This document shows positions 7,927 through 12,121 of a DNA stretch of 12,121 nucleotides, piece by piece (the stretch's first letter is position 1; every line of letters begins with the position of its first letter). Where the stretch lies: positions 1 through 12,121 of the forward strand of contig NZ_SNUY01000090.1 in the NCBI RefSeq assembly GCF_004376175.1, in the 5' to 3' direction. A program made the position numbers and the translations under genes. The stretch is from Halalkalibacterium halodurans (GTDB taxonomy: Bacteria; Bacillota; Bacilli; Bacillales; Bacillaceae_D). The notes under the pieces are model-generated. The model made no database searches. It worked only from the letters and a program-made list of their open reading frames with translations, and had not been told where the DNA came from.

Positions 7927-7990
7927 GACTTTCCGGTCTTTTCCTATTGCATTCTTCGAGAAAACAAACTATACTAGAAATGCGTCTCTT

Positions 7991-8018
7991 TTGACGCCAA
8001 CAACCATGTTATTAAATT
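7991..8018 (+). promoter_or_regulatory. Candidate promoter for SRP RNA
   Basis: TTGACG (7991-7996), a 16-nt spacer, then TAAATT (8013-8018), directly upstream of the conserved SRP RNA 5' strand. The -10 is weak. Confidence 0.35.
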
Positions 8019-8019
8019 T

Positions 8020-8287
8020 CCGTGCTAGGTGGGGAGGTAGCGGTGCCCTGTCACTCGCAATCCGCTATAGCGAGGCTGAATCCCTTCTAGAGGTTTTGTC
8101 ACCGTAGGGTCTGCCCTAAGTAAGTGGTGTTGACGCTTGGGTTCTACGCAACGAAAACCCACGAACCCTGTCAGGTCCGGAAGGAAGCAGCAGTAAGTGG
8201 CCCCTTTCGTGTGCCGTAGAGTCGCCTGGGCCGAGCTAACTGCTCAGGTAACGCCTAGGGTGGCATGATCGAAGGAAGGTGCACGGT
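8020..8287 (+). ncRNA. ffs: Signal recognition particle RNA, long Bacillus type with Alu domain (scRNA)
   Basis: The 5' CCGTGC pairs with the 3' GCACGG. The Alu-domain segment is GGTGGGGAGGTAGCGGTGCCCTGT and the domain IV core is CAGGTCCGGAAGGAAGCAGC. The sequence is colinear with the B. subtilis scr sequence as I remember it. It lies between tadA and dnaX. The ends are approximate to within a few nt. Confidence 0.92.
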
Positions 8288-8302
8288 TTTATACTTAACC
8301 AT

Positions 8303-8335
8303 AAAAAGCAACTACATTCCGTAGTTGCTTTTTTT
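8303..8335 (+). terminator. Rho-independent terminator after SRP RNA
   Basis: GCAACTAC-ATTCC-GTAGTTGC forms an 8-bp stem that flanking A/T pairs can extend, followed by TTTTTTT. Confidence 0.8.
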
Positions 8336-8387
8336 ACTTCTTTGATGTGAACGATCAATGGATCGGCGTGAAGAAATGGAGAAATTT

Positions 8388-8417
8388 TTGAAATCCATCC
8401 CTCCATTCAGATATAAT
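8388..8417 (+). promoter_or_regulatory. Candidate sigmaA promoter for the dnaX-yaaK-recR cluster
   Basis: TTGAAA (8388-8393), an 18-nt spacer, then TATAAT (8412-8417), about 38 nt upstream of the dnaX ATG. Confidence 0.55.
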
Positions 8418-8455
8418 AGAAAAAGATGTGTACGCGGAAAAAAGGAGGTTGTGGG

Positions 8456-10150
8456 ATGAGTTATCAAGCGTTGTACCGCGTGTGGCGGCCTCAGAAGCTG
8501 CAAGATGTGGTTGGACAAGAGCATATTACGAAAACATTGCAAAACGCGTTGGTGCAAGAGAAATTTTCCCATGCCTACTTATTTTCCGGGCCTAGAGGAA
8601 CAGGGAAAACGAGTGCGGCAAAAATTATTGCAAAAGCGATAAACTGCGAGCAGGCTCCTATCGCTGAACCGTGTAATGAATGCCGAGCGTGTAAAGGAAT
8701 CACCTCAGGTTCAATTGTAGATGTGATGGAAATTGATGCGGCCTCAAATAATGGAGTGGACGAAATTCGCGACATCCGTGATCATGTGAAGTTTGCCCCA
8801 AGTGAAGTTCGCTATAAAGTGTATATTATTGATGAAGTACATATGCTTACAACCGGTGCGTTTAACGCGTTGTTAAAAACGTTAGAAGAACCTCCGAGCC
8901 ATGCCATTTTTATTTTAGCAACGACAGAGCCTCACAAAATTCCACTCACGATCATTTCTCGTTGTCAACGATTTGATTTTAAGTGTATTTCCAACGACGC
9001 TCTTGTGGGACGAATGAAGGAAATATTGACCCATGAAGGGATTGAAGCAGAGGATGAAGCGTTGGTTCTCGTGGCTCGAGCAGCAGAAGGTGGGATGCGG
9101 GATTCGCTTAGCCTTCTTGATCAAGCGATCTCTTTTGCTGATGAACGGGTCACGGTAGAGGATGTCCTTGCGATTACCGGTGCGGTTTCCCACGAAGTGC
9201 TTACCCAGGTTGTTGAATCAGCACAGAAAGGAGAAACAGCAGAAGCGCTACAGCTTGTGAACCAGCTATTAGCTAACGGAAAGGACCCACTCCGTTTTGT
9301 AGAGGATTTAATTTACTACTACCGTGATCTCATGTTATTTAAAGCAGCCCCGGAAGCAAGTCAACTATTAGAGCGAGCGCAGATAAATGATTCTTTTAAA
9401 ACATTAGCAGGGGAAATTAACGACGCATCTCTTTTTGCGGCGATCGAGATTTTGAACGATTGTCAACAACGAATGCGATGGTCTTCTCATCCCCGTGTCG
9501 CATTAGAATTAGGGGTGGTAACCCTTTGTCAACAGGTGGTGCAAGTACCTGCATCACCTCAGGCAGGGGCAGCTACCCACCCTAATGTAGAAGCTCTCCA
9601 AGAGCGAATCCAGCAATTAGAGCAAGCGGTCCAATCATTGAAAGTAAATGGGGTAGCTAATGTTACCGCAGAGGAACCGAAGACGAAGCAGGCGTCGCGC
9701 CGTCCTTTAAAACAAATGCCTAAAAGCCAAGCACCGACAGGGAAAATCAAAGAGTTACTTAAGGAAGCGTCCAAACAGCAGCTCCAGTTGGTCAATGGCC
9801 GATGGGGAGAGATTATGGAACGGGTTAAAGCACAAAATGTACCTGCCCATGCTTGGTTGATGGATTGCAAGCCGGCGGCAGCATCTCCGAAGTTTATTTT
9901 GTTAGCGTTCCAAAATGAAATGCATCGTGATATGATTGATACGAAATTTCGTCCGTTTATTGAATCTGTGTTACGCGACATTTTCCAAGCGCCGCTGGAT
10001 TTTCAAACGTTGCTACAAAGCCAGTGGAATAAAGTGAAGGAAGAATATGTCCGTGATCAGCGGGGGGACGGAGAGGAACCGTCGTCCGACCCGCTAATAG
10101 AGGAAGCCATCAAGTTAGTAGGATCTGATTTAATTGAAGTGAAGGATTAA
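8456..10150 (+). CDS. dnaX: DNA polymerase III subunit tau (gamma/tau family clamp-loader ATPase)
   Basis: The protein is 564 aa from the ATG at 8456 ([15 protein letters not shown]...). AAAGGAGG lies 7 nt upstream. It has Walker [10 protein letters not shown], a four-Cys zinc module (C..CNECRAC), Walker B IIDEVHML and sensor SRCQRF. The ORF-track start at 8426 adds 10 residues (MCTRKKGGCG), lies upstream of the strong SD, and is probably not used. Confidence 0.95.
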   Translation: MSYQALYRVWRPQKLQDVVGQEHITKTLQNALVQEKFSHAYLFSGPRGTGKTSAAKIIAKAINCEQAPIAEPCNECRACKGITSGSIVDVMEIDAASNNGVDEIRDIRDHVKFAPSEVRYKVYIIDEVHMLTTGAFNALLKTLEEPPSHAIFILATTEPHKIPLTIISRCQRFDFKCISNDALVGRMKEILTHEGIEAEDEALVLVARAAEGGMRDSLSLLDQAISFADERVTVEDVLAITGAVSHEVLTQVVESAQKGETAEALQLVNQLLANGKDPLRFVEDLIYYYRDLMLFKAAPEASQLLERAQINDSFKTLAGEINDASLFAAIEILNDCQQRMRWSSHPRVALELGVVTLCQQVVQVPASPQAGAATHPNVEALQERIQQLEQAVQSLKVNGVANVTAEEPKTKQASRRPLKQMPKSQAPTGKIKELLKEASKQQLQLVNGRWGEIMERVKAQNVPAHAWLMDCKPAAASPKFILLAFQNEMHRDMIDTKFRPFIESVLRDIFQAPLDFQTLLQSQWNKVKEEYVRDQRGDGEEPSSDPLIEEAIKLVGSDLIEVKD

Positions 10151-10167
10151 TTGAGGAGGTTTTTCGA

Positions 10168-10479
10168 ATGAAAAATATGGGACAAATGATGAAACAAATG
10201 CAAAAAATGCAAAAGCAAATGATGAAAGCGCAGGAAGAACTAAAGGAAAAGACCGTCGAGGCGACAGCTGGTGGCGGAATGGTGACGGTTGTAGCGAGTG
10301 GCGACAAGCGAATTTTAGATGTGAGAATTTCTGAAGACGTCGTTGATCCAGATGATGTAGAGATGCTTCAAGATTTAATCTTAGCGGCAACAAATGAAGC
10401 GTTAAAGAAAGTGGATGAGTTGGTCGAACAAGACATGGGTAAGTTTACGAAGGGATTGAACATGCCGGGTATGTTCTAG
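10168..10479 (+). CDS. yaaK: YbaB/EbfC-family nucleoid-associated DNA-binding protein
   Basis: The ORF is 103 aa. It has the family-typical M/Q/K-rich N-terminus followed by ...[54 protein letters not shown] lies 8 nt upstream. It occupies the conserved position between dnaX and recR. Confidence 0.92.
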   Translation: MKNMGQMMKQMQKMQKQMMKAQEELKEKTVEATAGGGMVTVVASGDKRILDVRISEDVVDPDDVEMLQDLILAATNEALKKVDELVEQDMGKFTKGLNMPGMF

Positions 10480-10491
10480 GAGGAGTCAGCG

Positions 10492-11088
10492 GTGCAATAT
10501 CCAGAGCCGATAGCTAAATTAATTGAAGGTTTTATGCGTTTGCCAGGCATCGGTCCGAAAACGGCTAGCCGCCTGGCTTTTTTTGTCCTTGAGATGAAGG
10601 AAGATGATGTTCTTGATTTTGCTAAGGCACTTGTGAATGTGAAACGGAAGCTGACCTATTGCTCCGTTTGCCATAACATAACCGATACGGATCCGTGCCG
10701 TATATGTGAAGATTCGAAACGCGATGAATCGGTTATTTGTGTCGTGCAAGATGCAAAGGATGTTATTGCGATGGAAAAAATGAAAGAGTACCATGGGAAA
10801 TATCATGTATTGCACGGTGCGATCTCTCCTATGGACGGGATTGGCCCTGAAGATATCAAAATTCCTGAACTTATTAAGCGGCTCCAGGATGATACGATTC
10901 AAGAAGTGATCGTAGCCACAAACCCGACGATTGAAGGGGAAGCGACCGCGATGTACATTTCGCGACTCGTGAAACCAACAGGGATTAAGGTGACGCGAAT
11001 TGCCCACGGATTGCCTGTCGGAGGAGATTTGGAGTACGCTGATGAAGTCACATTGTCGAAAGCGATGGAAGGTCGAAGGGAACTGTAG
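10492..11088 (+). CDS. recR: Recombination mediator protein RecR
   Basis: The ORF is 198 aa. The start is GTG, with AGGAGGAG upstream. It has the HhH motif [14 protein letters not shown], a C4 zinc finger [16 protein letters not shown], and a Toprim domain ([10 protein letters not shown]...[16 protein letters not shown]). Confidence 0.95.
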   Translation: MQYPEPIAKLIEGFMRLPGIGPKTASRLAFFVLEMKEDDVLDFAKALVNVKRKLTYCSVCHNITDTDPCRICEDSKRDESVICVVQDAKDVIAMEKMKEYHGKYHVLHGAISPMDGIGPEDIKIPELIKRLQDDTIQEVIVATNPTIEGEATAMYISRLVKPTGIKVTRIAHGLPVGGDLEYADEVTLSKAMEGRREL

Positions 11089-11102
11089 GCGAGGAGGCAG
11101 CT

Positions 11103-11318
11103 ATGTTTTTCCGGAAGAAGGGGAAAATAAGAAAAATTGAAGATGAACGCTTACTTGCTTTTATCGAAAAACAAAAAAAGCAGTTAGAAATGCAACAACA
11201 AATGGTGGAAAACAGTGTAGACCCGTCAGAAGAGGTGCTCTATCGGTTGAAGCTGACGAAGGTGAAGTACTTGTTCTTATTAAAAGAAGCGAGAGTTCGC
11301 AATACGTCTAAACGATGA
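11103..11318 (+). CDS. yaaL: YaaL-like small protein (DUF2508 family)
   Basis: The ORF is 71 aa. GAGGAGG lies 7 nt upstream. The core DPSEEVLYRLKLTKVKYLFLLKEAR resembles B. subtilis YaaL, and the gene occupies the conserved slot between recR and bofA. Confidence 0.8.
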   Translation: MFFRKKGKIRKIEDERLLAFIEKQKKQLEMQQQMVENSVDPSEEVLYRLKLTKVKYLFLLKEARVRNTSKR

Positions 11319-11373
11319 TCTTCACTTATAAGAAAGGTGGTCTTTTCTTTAGCTTGTCTACATACATTTAGGT

Positions 11374-11670
11374 ATGAGGGAAGTAAGGAAAGAGGTGAGA
11401 CCGATCGATCCGGTGGTTGTTATAACGATTCTTGGCGGTGCTATTGTTGTCCTTTTAATCGTTGGCGCTCCGATAAAGCCGTTGCGCATGCTCGGGCAAA
11501 TCGGAATTAAGTTCGTAATCGGTGGATTGCTGTTGTTTTTCGTGAATGTATTTGGAGCGTTGATCGATCTTCATGTGCCGATTAATTTTATTACTGCAGC
11601 GGTGTCAGGGTTTTTAGGGATTCCAGGACTGGCCTTGCTCGTTGCCATTCAGCAATTAGTTCTTTCGTAA
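11374..11670 (+). CDS. bofA: Pro-sigmaK processing inhibitor BofA (sporulation membrane protein)
   Basis: The protein is hydrophobic with two or three TM segments. The C-terminal half HVPINFITAAVSGFLGIPGLALLVAIQ closely parallels B. subtilis BofA (HVPINLVTTAISGILGIPGIAALVVIKQ). The start is uncertain: the ATG at 11374 (98 aa) has no good SD, while the in-frame GTG at 11395 (91 aa) follows AAGGAAAGAG. Confidence 0.88.
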   Translation: MREVRKEVRPIDPVVVITILGGAIVVLLIVGAPIKPLRMLGQIGIKFVIGGLLLFFVNVFGALIDLHVPINFITAAVSGFLGIPGLALLVAIQQLVLS

Positions 11671-11675
11671 TTTGG

Positions 11676-11706
11676 AGAGTTTGAATGGGACCATTCGAAC
11701 TCTTTT
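11676..11706 (+). terminator. Rho-independent terminator after bofA
   Basis: GAGTTTGAATGG pairs with CCATTCGAACTC (about 11-12 bp, one G-U pair), followed by TTTTCG. It begins 6 nt after the TAA stop. Confidence 0.8.
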
Positions 11707-11895
11707 CGTATGTTTTCAGAGGTAACGGGATTGCTAAAATACTATAAAGGTAAAGTTTCCTGGAATAATATCTGATGGCTCATAGCGACAGGTGGAGTTT
11801 ACTGTCTGTATTGTACTTGTAGTATAGCTGCTTTTGATTTTATAGGCACTAAAGGGAATATATTTATTTGGAAGTAAATTTATTTAAAAAAAGGA

Positions 11896-11924
11896 TTGTG
11901 TTTATATTTTATAAGTGTTATATT
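11896..11924 (+). promoter_or_regulatory. rRNA operon promoter P1 (candidate)
   Basis: TTGTGT, a 17-nt spacer ending in TGT, then TATATT (an extended -10-like TGTTATATT). An A/T-rich UP-like tract (ATTTATTTAAAAAAA) precedes it. Confidence 0.55.
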
Positions 11925-11959
11925 ATTAAACGTCGCTTCAAACAACACAAAAAAAGTTG

Positions 11960-11989
11960 TTGACATAAATACGAGCGACATGTTATATT
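11960..11989 (+). promoter_or_regulatory. rRNA operon promoter P2 (candidate)
   Basis: TTGACA, an 18-nt spacer ending in TGT, then TATATT. An A-rich tract (ACACAAAAAAAG) lies upstream. It shares the same TGTTATATTA...GTCGCT module as P1. Confidence 0.65.
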
Positions 11990-11995
11990 AATCTA

Positions 11996-12121
11996 GTCGC
12001 TAAAAAACGACGCAGTTCTTTGAAAACTGAACAAAAGCCAAGCGAAATAAAGAGATACAAGGTATCTCGTCAATTACTTCATTTATGAAGTGTCGCAGGA
12101 AACAACATCCTGTGAAACATG
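11996..12121 (+). other. rRNA operon leader (5' external transcribed spacer), truncated by the window end; the 16S gene is not reached
   Basis: It lies downstream of tandem rrn-type promoters and contains the boxA-like element. It has three short hairpins (12052-12068, 12076-12091, 12096-12112). In B. subtilis an rrn operon follows bofA. No 16S 5' sequence (AGAGTTTGATC) appears before 12121. Confidence 0.6.
12015..12030 (+). promoter_or_regulatory. rrn antitermination boxA-like element
   Basis: GTTCTTTGAAAACTGA matches the TTCTTTGAAAAC motif found in leaders of Bacillus rRNA operons (compare E. coli boxA, TGCTCTTTAACAA). Confidence 0.6.

Noticed and set aside
8312-8572. 86-aa minus-strand ORF across the SRP RNA terminator, dnaX promoter and dnaX 5' end
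   Set aside because: It spans a terminator and a promoter and overlaps the dnaX start. There is no SD or motif support.
8456-10150. Possible programmed -1 frameshift site in dnaX (E. coli-style A AAA AAG gamma/tau switch)
   Set aside because: I found no A AAA AAG or similar slippery heptamer with a downstream hairpin inside the gene. Bacillus dnaX is not known to use frameshifting.
10168-10240. Repetitive M/Q/K-rich N-terminus of the YbaB-family protein ([22 protein letters not shown])
   Set aside because: This low-complexity N-terminus is a normal feature of YbaB/EbfC-family proteins. It is not a novel repeat.
9559-11007. Long antisense ORFs 9559..9981(-) (140 aa, inside dnaX) and 10519..11007(-) (162 aa, inside recR), plus 10110..10393(-) opposite yaaK
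   Set aside because: They lie wholly within strongly supported conserved genes on the other strand. Their products are Cys/Arg/Phe-rich and low in complexity, which is typical of non-coding antisense frames.

Overview
This is a Bacillaceae-type chromosome segment from the origin-proximal region. The right part (about 7.0-12.1 kb) is a conserved housekeeping block in the same order I recall for Bacillus subtilis: tRNA-Ser(UGA), tadA, long-form SRP RNA (scr/ffs), dnaX, yaaK/ebfC, recR, yaaL, bofA, then tandem rrn promoters and the rRNA leader. The window ends before the 16S gene. The left part looks accessory. It starts with a partial ISL3-family insertion sequence whose transposase frame is open to the left edge; that ORF is missing from the supplied track because it has no in-window stop. 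Next comes an Opp/Dpp-type peptide ABC importer in an unusual order: permease C, permease B, ATPase D and ATPase F on the minus strand, with a divergently transcribed, very acidic lipoprotein substrate-binding protein on the plus strand. Most genes have readable SD sequences, and several sigmaA-like promoters and rho-independent terminators are visible. I found no CRISPR array, no defence, toxin or phage genes, and no convincing new multi-gene system. The points worth a second look are modest: the IS junction and its leader hairpin, the transporter architecture and cysteine motifs, the gene-poor tRNA-Ser/tadA gap with a 43-codon ORF, some start-codon corrections, and the duplicated rrn promoter module. 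All calls come from reading the sequence and remembered family motifs; no database search was possible.
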